A DNA stretch of 63,558 nt, filler included, from Collodictyon triciliatum (taxonomy: Eukaryota), in assembly GCA_043381765.1 (NCBI GenBank). It is 5 parts of 5 records of this genome, joined end to end, with 100 filler letters (N's around TTAATTAATTAA, not from the genome) between each part and the next. Parts side by side here need not be neighbours in the genome. Positions count along the whole stretch, not along the records: positions 17,406 to 45,923 come from JBHJMP010000974.1; positions 46,024 to 54,808 come from JBHJMP010000992.1; 3 more parts are not named here. The stretch is one strand, 5' to 3'. This document shows positions 29,924 to 49,000 of this stretch, in pieces. Below the pieces are notes generated by a model. It ran no database searches. It was given only the letters and a program-made list of their open reading frames with translations, and was not told the origin of the DNA. Made by a program: the position numbers and the translations under genes. The stretch's first letter is position 1, and every line of letters starts with the position of its first letter.

Positions 29924-32825
29924 CATCCTTACTCTTTCTCAATGTTTATATTCACTCTTCGTCAAATATTATATATTGCCTAGAACATCGAAAAAATAAT
30001 GATATTACAAACCACCTCAGATGCAGGCCCATTTATATCGAGCCGTGGTACTAGATAAAATAGGTATTTTCTTAGAGATTAGTTTGGATAACCCAAAAGA
30101 GCTCTACTTCTTAAACCTTTTTATCCCATATATTCAAAATAATTGATCAAAAATCCTTATCATTTTTATTAAACATTTATGTTTTTATTTCTGTCATTTT
30201 AATGTATGTCCCACTTTGTATCGAATAAAGGGTATTTTTTTCAATGTATGTCCCCTCTATTCAATTAAAAGTTATCTTCTTTTAAGCTATATAGGTAGAA
30301 TTATCCTTGATAATGGTGAGTTCAAAATATATTCATAAGATTTGGATACAGGTAAATACGAAGATGCACTTGCATCATATAACCACGCTGTAAATTTACA
30401 TCCTTATGGGGACAGCCTCACCCTTCGAGCCATTCACTACCATAAACACGGAATGTATAAAGAGGCAATTTCGGACTCTACTAAAGTGCTAATGCATGAC
30501 ATGTCAAACTCTTTGGCGTGGTTGGTTCGTGGTGACACACATAAATACATGGGCATGCAGACAGAGGCTCTGAGTGATTATTCTAAGGCATATGCCCATC
30601 CATTTTCAACAACTGCGTGCCTGTTCTTTAGTTTATTACATGCCCAAATTCATAGTCATAGTCATAGTCATAGTCATAGTCATAGTCATAGTCATAGTCA
30701 TAGTCATAGTCATAGTCATAGTCATAGTCATAGTCATAGTCATAGTCATAGTCATAGTCATAGTCATAGACATAGTCATAATCATAGTCATAGTCATAGT
30801 CATAGTCATAGTCATAGTCATAGTCATAGTCATAGTCATAGTCATAGTCATAGTCATAGTCATAGTCATAGTCATAGTCATAGTCATAGTCATAGTCATA
30901 GTCATAGCATGTGTTCAGTAATTAATGTTGTTTATACAATCCACGTAATGGACAATACCAGGCCGTACTAATCAAGTATCCACAATAGGCGATTGAATTG
31001 GACTCTCTTCGAACAAAAAAGCTTGTTGGTCGAGGATTTAGACTAAATAACTTGATCGAATTTGAGGAAATTCTTTACGATTTCGTAACCTGTATCAAAG
31101 TGTGTCGGCCCAGTTTGAGATCGACGCCTTGGAGGCCCAATATGACCGATGTCGTGGAAAAAATTGGCCAGTTACAAGAAAATCACCCTATTACATGCAC
31201 GCCATATTCGCTCGGGGATAGTTTCCTTTACAAAGAGAGTACCTCGATCATCCCAGAAGCTGAATATCGAATAGCTGATATCAGGCAAGGTTCATTCACT
31301 TTTATGAATTCAGAAGGTGACACTTCATCTAGAATAGGCTGGTCACCAAGAAACCTTGAAAAGAGTCCTTCTGAATCTGGGGTAATGGATTGTAAGACTT
31401 TAAATCCAGTAGCAGATAGGAATGAAGTTAATATGCTCTCCTCTGAAAATCAATATGGTTTTATTGGAATTGAAAGCAAAAAAAAGGATAGAGCGCATTC
31501 AACGGATATGAATCATACAGAAAACAGAGTAGATTCTGCTTTATACAAGCAAGGGAAGGAAGACGGAGATGAAAATCAAAATGTAGTCAGTGTTTTCGAA
31601 ATAGAATCCGAAGGAGGCTGTAAAATTCTTGGTTCAATAACGTCATGCTCAGACAAAAATCAAAGAAAGAGTATGCCACTGTCAGTTAGATCAATTGCAC
31701 CAAGCGACGGTCTCTGCTTTATAATGAGATATATTCATCCATTTTTCACGTATATAATTATTTTTTTTAGATAAACTAATAAAAAAAAAGCTCCACTATA
31801 TTGAAGGCTTCTAATATAGTTGTTAGCGACCGGTATACCACACGAACTGGGTTGTCAAAGCAAAGCCATTCATCTGTTGCGTCTTTCGGCACGGCGCGCT
31901 CATTACCAGTATTTAAAAAATTCGATTCGATCATTTTTTTTTATACATTTCATTCACTTATAACTATTTTTTTATGACTGTAGAACATTAAGTTGAACTG
32001 GCAAATGAATCGTTCATATAGAAGGTTGGTGCATCTAAGTCCCATCTATTTCAATGAAAAGTCCTTTTTGTGTTTAAATAATGTACTAACCCCTTATATA
32101 CTCTACGCGTTCTTTTTGGTAAAATTCCTAGTAGGGCGTGTTTACCGCACGACCTAAAGTTTTATACTTAACCCTCATTACATCTTATTTATGGATGCAA
32201 GAGTATCGCTTTCTAATCATTTTTGCCCTAGTAGACCCTGGGCAGAAGCTGTCCAAACAGATGAATTAGCGCTGGACGAGCTCGTGAACGTCTCTCTTTC
32301 CTTACAGGATAACATAAGTTCTGCAAAAGAACACTCAAGACAAGTACATATATCTCGATTCAAAAGGGTACCTCCGCATGTTGCATTACCTACTCAACGT
32401 AGAGACGTATTCAACAGCATTAAACGCTTAAAAAAACGTGTCTTCATGAAAGATGAACATCCAGTCCGATTGCCATCCATCCGTTTAAAATCTAAACTAA
32501 AGTTGGTCCACACAAAACCCCCCACAAGCATTTCAGAACCTTTTAAATTGGAATATAGGAGCAAACAACCTAAGACAGAGGCTAAATTGCCAGAAGGATC
32601 TGAACAGAGTTCCTCACAAAAAAGAACACGAAAGGTTGGTCAATCTAGTCGACAGAGGGTAGCCTATGAAGGAAGGAAACAAGCACGAGAAGCGAATGAC
32701 TCATCTCTACCAATCGGAACAAAAACTCAAAAAGCAGGTGCTTAGGGATATTTTCTCTTACTGTTTTTATTCTTTTCTTCTTTCCCTTTTCCACTATAAA
32801 CCATCTCACACGCTTTTCATGTATG

Positions 32826-32881
<56 letters not shown>

Positions 32882-33522
32882 TCTTCCAAAACAATTTTCT
32901 TTGGGCTCAGTCTCTTAGTTCTTTTAGAATTTCTTGCTCACATTTTCTAATTATACATATTTCCTCTGCAATAGTCCAAAGGCTCAAATCAATAGAGCCT
33001 CCAGAAAAAAAGTGTGAAGGTTTCCGCGTCATCGACCCTAATCTTCTTGGGACTCTAGAAGAAAGGCCAACATATAGCACACCAAAACTATCCGACTGGA
33101 TTGTCACGAAGCAGCGAAGCTCACCGCGCAAACAGAACGGGTTAAAACCACACATTAAAGTCTTTCAACCGCAAGCGAATCCCAATTATATTCACCCTGA
33201 CGAAAGCTTAACCCATGTCCCAACAGTTCCAAAGCTCCTTCTTAGTCCACATCCACCTCCATTGCAATACCCAGGCATGCACCAACCAGTTGCGGATAAT
33301 CAACGATCCTCTGTGGATAGAACCAGTATTCAATCACATAAGGAACCCTTATGTGAAGAACGGGATATTCATAATGATGTGCAGTACCAATCGCCATCTC
33401 CTAATATCGCTCGTCGAAGTTACAGACAACACATTGTGGTAAAAAACATGGATTTTATTCACCCCTCTCCTCCCGCCCCTCCTAGAAGGAGACAGAAAGG
33501 CGTCTTTCCTGTATCAAATTGA
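28153..33522 (+). CDS. TPR-repeat protein with long low-complexity C-terminal region (ends uncertain)
   Basis: LYFLRGLLYDWSQRYEQALADFETSVRLD, AHLYRAVVLDKIGKYEDALASYNHAVNLHP, AWLVRGDTHKYMGMQTEALSDYSK|AIELDS; long downstream exons 30989-31710, 32191-32740 and ~33000-33522. Confidence 0.75.
29195..29552 (+). repeat. Compound hexamer microsatellite (GTGTCT)n-(GTATCT/GTATTT)n-(CTATCT)n
   Basis: Visible repeat in a TPR intron. Confidence 0.95.
30201..30254 (+). mobile_element. 30-nt micro-insertion (ACTTTGTATCGAATAAAGGG...) with perfect 12-bp TSD
   Basis: aatgtatgtccc at 30201-30212 and 30243-30254. Confidence 0.75.
30651..30907 (+). repeat. (CATAGT)n microsatellite in a GC-AG intron
   Basis: Visible repeat. 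Confidence 0.97.
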
Positions 33523-33710
33523 GGACTACACTGTCACCAATAAATAAATAATCATATCATAATATTACGATTTTCTGCAAGAAGATTGTGACGGGACTGT
33601 CAATCATAGTAATAATCAGAAGAAACAAACAATGGAACCGTTCATTCATTATAACTAGACGAATCCGCTCCTAGTGTACTTGGCTATCACGTACGAATGT
33701 TGAATATGTT

Positions 33711-33767
33711 AATGTGTTCCATATCAGATGAATCGAATAAAGGGAAAAAAAAATCTGTTCCATATCA
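33711..33767 (+). mobile_element. 25-nt micro-insertion (GATGAATCGAATAAAGGGAAAAAAA) with 16-bp TSD
   Basis: aatgtgttccatatca 33711-33726 / aatctgttccatatca 33752-33767. Confidence 0.8.
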
Positions 33768-34321
33768 CGATAATGTAATACTATCACAAAGGGTGATCCA
33801 TCTTTGCTCATTACACAGCGATTTATTGAAATCCCAAAGCCTAGGGACTAAATAGTGTGTTTTTGGGTATTTAATCATTCAATTCATACTCACATAAACT
33901 TTATACAATGTATCCTCAACCATTCTAGTAATGTGTTGTCCCTCCCGTTTTATCCGGTTTTTCCCGCCCGCTCATTAATCACGCAATGTCAAATCCCATA
34001 GATTGTTTGTTTTCTCATTCAGCTTTTCGAAAAAGAAAAAAAAACTCCTCTTGTCTAGTGTTTTGCATCAGGTTCATATAAGCAACTGCGAAACAAAGAC
34101 GTGTTTTACGTTATTACAACAATATACAACGAGATTAATACTATGGTAGGAAACCAATAAATATTTCCTAGGTAAATATTATGTGATATGTTTCAATTTT
34201 GTTTTTATTGTGTTTGGTATTTGGAGGAATGTGAAGCATCAGTAAGGAGGACGGAGATATAAAGAAAAATAATAGCAAAGCTAGTAATATATCAATTATG
34301 GCTATTCGAGTAAAGTAAAGG

Positions 34322-39812
<5,491 letters not shown>

Positions 39813-41000
39813 ACTGTTCCAGTCTTTTATTTCCTCCCTAGGAGAAAAGGGCAGCCAAGAAGGAGCAGAAGGCCGAATGAATGAAACGAGAAACGATTGA
39901 TGGCTGATCCAAAAAAGAAAGCTTGCTCCTGTGTGATATAATATCTGAGATCAAGAGTTTAACTCGAGTGGTGGGGAACATTGAGGTGGGGTTTCGCTCA
40001 TTTGTTTCTTCTCATTCTCATTATTGTTACTCGGATTATTATTATTATTATATTGGTATTATACATGATGTTTTGCCAGAAAATTAACAGAGAGCCGAAA
40101 TGATTTTCTTGAGAAAAATGATGACATTAGCTTAGTTAAATTAACTACGCGAATGGGGTTATTTCCACCAACAGGGCAAAGTAGAAGCAGTAAAGGAAGT
40201 AGAAGTAGAAATACAGAAGAAGAAAAAAGGAGCACAAAGGTTATATGAAGGACGGAAAAGAAAGCCTGGCTCTGAACCTTCCATCGCAGCGCTTGTGTAT
40301 TGTTTTCCTCTCCTTTTTCTTTTTCTTTTCTTTTTCCTCCAAATGTTGGTACTGCTTTGTTCGAGGACATAAGGCTCTTTTCGATCTAGTTCCATCCTGC
40401 GCGATCGCCTGATGAACCAGAACACCGCCGGGCAGACAAACAGCAGCCGAGATATTTTCCACAATTAGAAGTACTGGTAAACAGACCCAACCGTTGATCT
40501 ATTTTTGGCTGCACCCAATGGTGGTCGGTTGTTTTCGGGCCCAATCAAGCGACAGAAAAGTTAATTCTATAAATTTAATATTACGCACAATTTAGTATTC
40601 ATATTTTATCTTATAAATTTAAAAATTAAACATATTTATCAAAAAATATATATTTTCCGCATATGTATAACAGAGGTATATCGGTATCTGGTTGCGAGAT
40701 GCGGCGCTTGTCCAGTGCCCGTTAATCATGTAGCCAGACTCTTTTACTGCGTAGGTAGCATCCATTGCCACCAAAAAAGATGATATCATGCATTCCAAAT
40801 CAAACAATTTCCCCTGCAGCTCTTATCAACCATGCATCTTTAGCTGGCGGCAGGTTATCTGGGCCTAAAGCACTCAACCTTTGCCTTTTAAAAAAAAGGA
40901 AAAAAAAGGGATGGGTACGATTAACCACATAGCCTTGAATTACTGTGGTTCTTATGGAGCGTGCGCGCATTCTCTCGTTCTAATGATTCACCCGAACGAG

Positions 41001-41340
41001 GAATCAATGTAGCCAGACTGGAAAGCCTCGTGCAATACAGCCTCCTGAACAGTCTGCTGAAACACGCCCGCATTCTTCGCTATTCTGCCGCAAGCGAAGA
41101 GATGTGGGAATGTGTCGTGCGATATCTCCCACAGCATATCCAACCCCTGCTATTCACACAGCCAATCAACCAGTTGAGACGCCCGCCTGACCAACTCGCT
41201 ATCACTGATTTCTTTCCAGTCCCAGCCTCTCCACAATAGTGTCTTCTCTTACTCGCGTTTGCTCTCTCCCATGCGCTCTTTTATTCCCTTTGTATGGAAT
41301 AACCTCGCTACATTTGAATCGAATAAAGGAAAAAAAAAAG
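41001..41340 (+). mobile_element. Longest copy of the repeat family: ORF C-terminus (stop 41239), short 3'UTR, TTTGAATCGAATAAAGG and A-tail; likely the 3' end of a non-LTR retroelement
   Basis: 41130-41330 aligns by eye with 50635-50835 / 55216-55439 (aatcaaccagtt, ctcgctatcactga, ttctcttact, ccctttgtatgg.ataacctcgcta); 5' boundary uncertain. Confidence 0.7.
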
Positions 41341-41360
41341 TAGAATCAAATAGATTTTAA

Positions 41361-42083
41361 AAAAACCATAAAAAACCAATAAAAAAACCAATAAAAAAAA
41401 CAAAANNNNNNNNNNNNNNNNNNNNNNNNNNNNNNNNNNNNNNNNNNNNNNNNNNNNNNNNNNNNNNNNNNNNNNNNNNNNNNNNNNNNNNNNNNNNNNN
41501 NNNNNNNNNNNNNNNNNNNNNNNNNNNNNNNNNNNNNNNNNNNNNNNNNNNNNNNNNNNNNNNNNNNNNNNNNNNNNNNNNNNNNNNNNNNNNNNNNNNN
41601 NNNNNNNNNNNNNNNNNNNNNNNNNNNNNNNNNNNNNNNNNNNNNNNNNNNNNNNNNNNNNNNNNNNNNNNNNNNNNNNNNNNNNNNNNNNNNNNNNNNN
41701 NNNNNNNNNNNNNNNNNNNNNNNNNNNNNNNNNNNNNNNNNNNNNNNNNNNNNNNNNNNNNNNNNNNNNNNNNNNNNNNNNNNNNNNNNNNNNNNNNNNN
41801 NNNNNNNNNNNNNNNNNNNNNNNNNNNNNNNNNNNNNNNNNNNNNNNNNNNNNNNNNNNNNNNNNNNNNNNNNNNNNNNNNNNNNNNNNNNNNNNNNNNN
41901 NNNNNNNNNNNNNNNNNNNNNNNNNNNNNNNNNNNNNNNNNNNNNNNNNNNNNNNNNNNNNNNNNNNAAACCAATAAAAAAACCAATAAAAAAACCAATA
42001 AAAAACCCAATAAAAAAACCAATAAAAAAACCAATAAAAAAACCAATAAAAAAACCAATAAAAAAACCAATAAAAAAACCAAC
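41361..42083 (+). repeat. (AAAAAAACCAAT)n 12-mer minisatellite spanning an N gap
   Basis: Same unit on both sides of the gap. Confidence 0.9.
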
Positions 42084-42360
42084 ACAATAAAAAGTCAACA
42101 ATAGTGGGAAATAATAATAGAAAAAACATCCTAAATTCCTCATGCTCCAAAAATACAAATCGATCGTTGGAAAAAAGAGGATCTATTTGAAGCCATATTC
42201 ACAACTTTCAAAACAAAACAAAACCCGACTGCCCTCGATCAAAAGTAGAGAAAGAAGCTTACTCTGCCTCCACCTCTGCTGAATGCACTCCTACTAGGGT
42301 TCCTAGTCTCTTTCAGAATGTCTGAAACAAATACAGGGATCGGCGGTACTGCTGCACTGA

Positions 42361-45300
42361 ATGGCGAGGCTGCACTTGCCCAGGCTCTTTCTGAGGGTTA
42401 TCTTTCACATTTTTAATACGTATTTCTTTTTTGAAGAATTACTGCTCCTTCTTACTTGTTACATGGTATACCTTCATTACACCTTAATTCTCCATGCCTT
42501 GTGGCTCTTTTTTCTTCTTTTTTTTCCTTCTTCGTTTATTTAAAATATGGAATATCACACCTAGCTGCGTTTATCTTTTTATATATTGGATCTACTTCGC
42601 CGGTTTCCCCCTTACGCCTTTCATGATAGAAAAAAAGTCCCCCACTCCGATTCCGAATCGTCTGACTTTGGCACAAACTTCGAGAAGTTCCTCTTTTAAT
42701 GACTCCGAGGTTCAGGTTTGCGACTATGATGGAACCATAAACCTTTTCATTCTATACCTTTTTCTCTTCATCTCTCAGCTAAGATTACATTTTTTTCCCT
42801 TTATTCGATTAACAGGCAAGAATACATATTAAAATTACTAATGCATTTTTCAGTTAACCTCATGATTTCTGAGATATTTACTTCGACATTTCATTATGCA
42901 ATTCAGGTTATGATGATTACCACAGGAAATCCCACCGTAGAAATCATCATGGGCACTCTGGAATTTCTTCGACTTAAAACATATGAAGCTTCCGAGCAGG
43001 AAGCGAATGTATGTCATATTAATCTTACCAACATTCATTACTCGAAACCGGTCAATAATGCCCAATCAGTTGACATTCTCATCTAAAATTTTATTATATA
43101 CTAAAATGTCAAATTGGTTAAATATTATCCCTTAAAATCAAGTTGGAGCGTGGTTGTTTAGTTTGTGTTTTGAACATACCATCGTTCATGTCCAATTATG
43201 ATTTCATACATTTTTTGGGTGCTCACGAATCTGTTGCAACTTATGTTCGAATCATAAGGTTTTATTTATTATTTTCCTTTGTAATAAAAATAATATTCTA
43301 ATAATTTGAAAGGTTATTGCCATATTATTTTTAACTGGCCTCCTTTCCCCTTAAATTTCCCGTCATGAAAAGCTGATAAAGCGGAACCGTGATACATATA
43401 ATCCAAAACATTTATTTCGGCGTAGTATATATTCGTGATTGTGATTATTGTTGAAAATTGACAGTTTTTTTTTTGAAATCTTAAAAATCCGCTCCTTTAC
43501 AGAAACCAGCTATCAAAAGCATACATGGCGTTGATTTTCTTTGCCCAGCAGCATCAAACAGACATATTCTACGAAGAATATAACGGCCGTCTTTTTGGCT
43601 CTCTTTCTGTAAGAATGAAATTCACACATCAATCATTACTAGAGATCGTTCTTCACTATTTCAATTCATTTATTTTCTTGTCCAAAATTATGGGATATAG
43701 CACTATCTTTTTTTTCCTAAGGTATATAGCACTATCTAACACTTCAATATTACCTACATATTTCCTTTGTTGAACTAAATTGGCTAGGAAGAGAAGTGTA
43801 TTGTCAACTATGTAGTCAGACTTGATTTGTCCCACAAGACTTGTATTTATCCTCCACTCGACCCTGTTGATCACTCAGTTTGTCCAGTTTGTCTAGGTGA
43901 ATATTTTGGAATCGTTTAAATTAAAAAGATTTGGCTCTGTGGACTATTCAATTCGATTAATATCAAAGAATGTCTTGTTAAATTCTTGACGATATGCAAA
44001 TCCAGTTTTAGATAAACAAAGTTACCACTATTAATACAGTGTCATCTTTTTCGCTATTATGTGTATTTCATACAAGAGTTATAAATTTTTTTGAAACAAA
44101 CACGAATACCAGATCGCTTAGAACCGTGTCATGGATGTGTCTTAATTACAATATGTAATCACCTATTCCACACAAATTGCCTTACAAGTTGGCAGGTTTG
44201 GTACAGTCGCCTCATCACTACCACTTCAGTCAATATTTACCTGACTAACATTGAAGTAATGCTATATTTTACTGTAAGATTATACAAAGTAAACGATGTG
44301 AATCACTCAAAGGACAACACATGCCCTGTATGTCGATATTCACAAGAACCAGAAGAGAATACGAATGTATGTATAGATTGTGGAATGGATAATGACGTTT
44401 GGATGTGTATTATATGTGGCCATCTCGGGTGTGGCAGGTAGAGTAATCCCACTTACCTGTTATTTAAGACCTAATATATGTTTATCTGTTCTTCATGCAC
44501 CCCTGGATCACAATTCAATTAGTTAAAGTTCATGTTCCCTCTTACGTATAACATTCATTGTGTTTTATTTTTTAATTGATTAATTTTTATCAACACATTT
44601 TTTTCATCTATCTCACTTTTCATGTCTATCTATTACTGAGTGATAATACTGTCGAAGGTACCAGAATGGTCACTCCCTGAAGCATTTTGAAGATACTCGT
44701 CATACCTACTCTCTGGAACTTTCGTCACAGAAAGTCTGGGATTACTCTGGAGACGGGTTTTTGTTGATTTATATTCGATATTTTAATCCAAATAGATGGA
44801 GGAGCTTCTGTGATGTATATGACGTCATCAAATATCTATTCGCTCACAATAATTTGTCTTGGGAATGCTCCTGAAAAAAAAATAGAAAAAATAGAAAAAA
44901 TAGAAAAAATAGAAAAAATAGAAAAAATAGAAAAAATAGAAAAAATAGAAAAAATAGAAAAAATAGAAAAAATAGAAAAAATAGAAAAAATAGAAAAAAT
45001 AGAAAAAATAGAAAAAATAGAAAAAAATAGAAAAAACAGAAAAACAGAAAAACAGAAAAACAGAAAAACAGAAAAACAGAAAAACAGAAAAACAGAAAAG
45101 CAGAAAAATTTAGGAAAAGGAGAAAAGAAGAAAAGAAGAAAAATAGAAAAATGGAAAAATAGAAAAATAGAAAAATTTAAGAAAAGAAGAAAGAAAATAA
45201 AAAATTATCTGAGAACTATGGCGCAGAACACAAGATGGTAGTATGAAAATTTAATCCAACATTCAAATCACATTGGACATTCTGGACAGGTATGTGCATC

Positions 45301-45665
45301 GCTTAATACAAAATAAAGCCGACGGCAAACTAGTTGAATCAGGCGACCCAAGAGCGCCATTCCAGGCACTCATGAGACTGGGGCAAGGAGATCAAGTGCA
45401 AATCCATCCCTTTTTTTCTACATTATAGGAAGGAGCATATGCCTATTTTTATAATTTTTTTAAAAGCAATAATTTCCTTTACTCGATTCAGAGTATACTG
45501 CTTTAGATGCTCAATTTCTTTCATCGTTAAAATCCTAAGAGTATGTGGTTTTTATCGCTTTCTTATTCAAATTACTCGAAGGCGAAGCTTGAGGAAATCA
45601 CGGCAGACTATAACCAACTTTTAATCTCACAACTGGACGCACAAAGGGCATGGTATGAGGAGCAG
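42361..45665 (+). CDS. BRAP: BRCA1-associated protein BRAP2/IMP (yeast ETP1-like) RING-H2 + ZnF-UBP E3 ligase; 3' truncated at the contig end
   Basis: [117 protein letters not shown]; start exon tentative. Confidence 0.92.
42781..42827 (-). mobile_element. 27-nt micro-insertion (rc GCCTGTTAATCGAATAAAGGGAAAAAA) with 10-bp TSD
   Basis: aagattacat 42781-42790 / aagaatacat 42818-42827. Confidence 0.65.
44874..45110 (+). repeat. (AAAAAATAG)n then (AAAAACAG)n tandem repeat in a BRAP intron
   Basis: Visible repeat. Confidence 0.93.
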
Positions 45666-45826
45666 GTAAAGATAAGATGGAAAGCGTGCTCATGAAAGAA
45701 ATGAAAGCGTGAAGGACAAAGTACAAAATATTAAGTTATAATAAGTGTTTAGTAAAATTACTAAGTACTAAATAATAGGTATGACATGAAAATAAAGTTA
45801 ACTTCACGATATATTGAATTGTATGC

Positions 45827-45827
<1 letters not shown>

Positions 45828-45923
<96 letters not shown>

Positions 45924-46023
45924 NNNNNNNNNNNNNNNNNNNNNNNNNNNNNNNNNNNNNNNNNNNNTTAATTAATTAANNNNNNNNNNNNNNNNNNNNN
46001 NNNNNNNNNNNNNNNNNNNNNNN

Positions 46024-46066
<43 letters not shown>
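45828..46066. repeat. (AAT)n / (ATT)n tracts on both sides of a contig spacer
   Basis: Visible repeat. Confidence 0.95.
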
Positions 46067-46067
<1 letters not shown>

Positions 46068-46069
46068 AA

Positions 46070-49000
46070 TAATAAAGTTGTATCTTGGATTCCCATTCAA
46101 TATGCCGGAAAATTTGAATTCTCACTTCCATCAGACAAGAATTCGAATGGTGTTGTTAATGACATTCAATCCGCACCAGAATCATCTAAAAAAAAATTAA
46201 GAAATAATTCCTTTTGAACCATCATTTCCCCCTTTTTTCTTCTATCTATGTGCATTAAATAAAATCTTACTAAGAGACAAGGTAACGCACAGTTCGTTTG
46301 ATAATCTTCTATATTCCTGAACAAAATTGTCCAGAACTGCAAAAGAGTTGATAATAATAGGAGCGCAATCTTTGTCCTATCAACTCCCCATTTTCCTGAT
46401 CAACTAACATTTTTGATTGTGTTTTTAAAAAAATATAATAAGAAGAAGCTGTATCTGATCCTGTAAAGTACTTTAATATAAAGGGAAGTGGATGAGCTTT
46501 TATCTTACCTATCACTTATCAAAAAATCATTATATTTCCATTTATCCATGCCCCCAAGTTCATTAGGCTTGTGTAAATCCAAAATGTTTCTTGGTCTGGT
46601 ATTTTTTGAAACAGAGCTTTTCTATACCATCCAGCTTTCGTAAATAAAACTTTCTTTTAGATTCATCAATTTGATTTATCATCATTACTTGGGAAAGAAG
46701 TTTTCTTTTTTCATGAAAGAATATGATACCATCCGAAACCCAATTTGCCTTCTATAGACTATCGATTTCCATGTATCGATAAAACAGATTTGTACACAGA
46801 AATCTTGAGGATGATTTCGAACAATCATGTTATTTGATAAAACGAATTGCTTTGGTTCTATCAAGTTCGTTATGAATGTCGATTTGAAGAAGAATTGCTC
46901 GAATTCATTCTCCCAGATTAACATTTTGAATGATGATGTAAGGCTGAAATAGCGAATTCAAACTCCAATCTTGCCTTGATCCTTCATATCCCATTCAAAT
47001 TGTGCTTTTTTAGAACAAATTAAATAGTTATCATTAAGCTTGAATCGAATAAGGTGTACAATATTCATATCAGATCATAGAATAATATTTAAAAGAATAT
47101 TTTTTCAAGTCAAGTTATTTCATTTTTTTGATATAAATTTTCAAGGTGAAAATTTTTCATTCAAGTGAAAAATTTTTAAAAACAGTTCGTGGCCAGACGA
47201 AATATCCCAATCAATATAGTTATCTTTATACCTCCAAATTTCTGGGACAATACTGTAGATGCAAAGCATCTTTGATTAAAGATCATTCTTGTAAATACAT
47301 TATTTCATATCAAGGTTTTTGGATACAATTTATGATAGGGATAAGATCTTCAATATGTTTAAGAAAAAAATAATACTGCGTTAAACAGCAGGAGCACAGC
47401 GTTTTGAGAAGGAAAACAGATATCGCTTTTAAGTCTTTCATGTCATGGTCACTATGATTCATTTCAAAAAAAAAGAGGTACACATTTTTTATCAGTTTGA
47501 AGCGAATTTAAGATTCAGATTCAATCAGCTTTTATTTTTTTACTTTTTATTTATTGTATTATTATTTTTCGTTTCACTTTTTAGGAAGTAGAGTGCTGGA
47601 TTTATTCTTAATATAATTATGAAGCGATATTTATATACTGTTAATCAAACTCCATAAATATTCTCGCGTTATTGAATGTTCATTTCTCCTCCAAACATGT
47701 ACTTCTACTCTACCGAAGCAAATGAGGATTGTTCTTCCAATAGATGATTGAATAAGGTATCGACCAGTCAGAGTATCTAAAATTATTTATGAAATCTTAC
47801 TATTATCTTGAACTAATGAATACTTTTGAGCAAAGAAATTAAAATGAATTAAAATAAATAAAACGTTTTTAAAAAAAACTTACCAGTGTCAAACCCAAAC
47901 ATCGTTGCCGTGAAGATTGACCTCCAAAAATATATCTTGTTTTCACTCAAGACAAGGCATTTTACCTTTGATGGAGCTCTAATAATAGTCTCAAGAAGCT
48001 AGGTATCGCTTTCTTGATCACCGAGTTTTTTACTATATAACAGGTTCAAGAAAATTTAATCTTCTGTAAAGATTCTTTGAATTTTCGGTTTTCAATTAAA
48101 CCATGGTCTCTTTTCAAAACATTTTTTTTCCTTAATTAGTTATCATTCTTTATTCATAAATTCTTCGTAAGGTTATATAAATACTTTGTCAAACACGCAT
48201 TGTGTTAGAATCTCCCGTCATAAGCCCACCAAGACATCAATTTGTCTTGTATGTGATTGAGCTCCAAATCCCGGCTTGAGAATTCAACTGTGGCCATTCA
48301 CTGTTGCGTAATCATAATTCAAATTTTCCATACATATTGAAATGATTCTGGAAGTAAATATTCTATCTCTTTTTTTTCTTTACTTTTTAAATACGATATA
48401 TTAGAATGAAAATAATGAAAACAATAAAAAAAGGTTAGGGTTCATCTTTTTCTGAATAAAGAACAATATGCAATGTTATATATGCTTTCATCTCAAGATA
48501 TTAAAAAATAAATATAATAATTGATCTTACTATATTACATCCACATTTTTTGTTGAAAATTCATATGGTCCATCCACCAAGAAATAAGCGAATCTTGATA
48601 GATCCATTTGAGTAGCTTAAGTAAGTGATTTTGATCAAGTCTCTGTATCCAGAATGATAGGCTCTCCACATCTGTCCTAAATACATAAGAATGATTAAAC
48701 TTGATATAATCTGTGTTTTAATGAAAGATATTGCACTTGTTTTATTTTTTTGTAGATTTATATTCATCAAAGGCTTTATATCATGTTTGAAAATGGTTTT
48801 CAATGAATAAAATAAAACATACCGATATAAATGACCAAAGTTGTATTTACGTAACCATTACTCCATGCATATATTCTTAGTAATGCACACTCATTTTGTT
48901 AGCGGTTTGAGAATTGGTTGATATATCAATTTTCCCACACTATTATCAAATCAAAGATAAAGCTCATTGATATGAACCCCTCAAGCTTCCTCCAAAAAGT

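Noticed and set aside
30342-30971. ORF with a long (HS)n tract suggesting a metal-binding protein
   Set aside because: The tract is the (CATAGT)n microsatellite inside a GC-AG intron; TPR homology resumes at 30989
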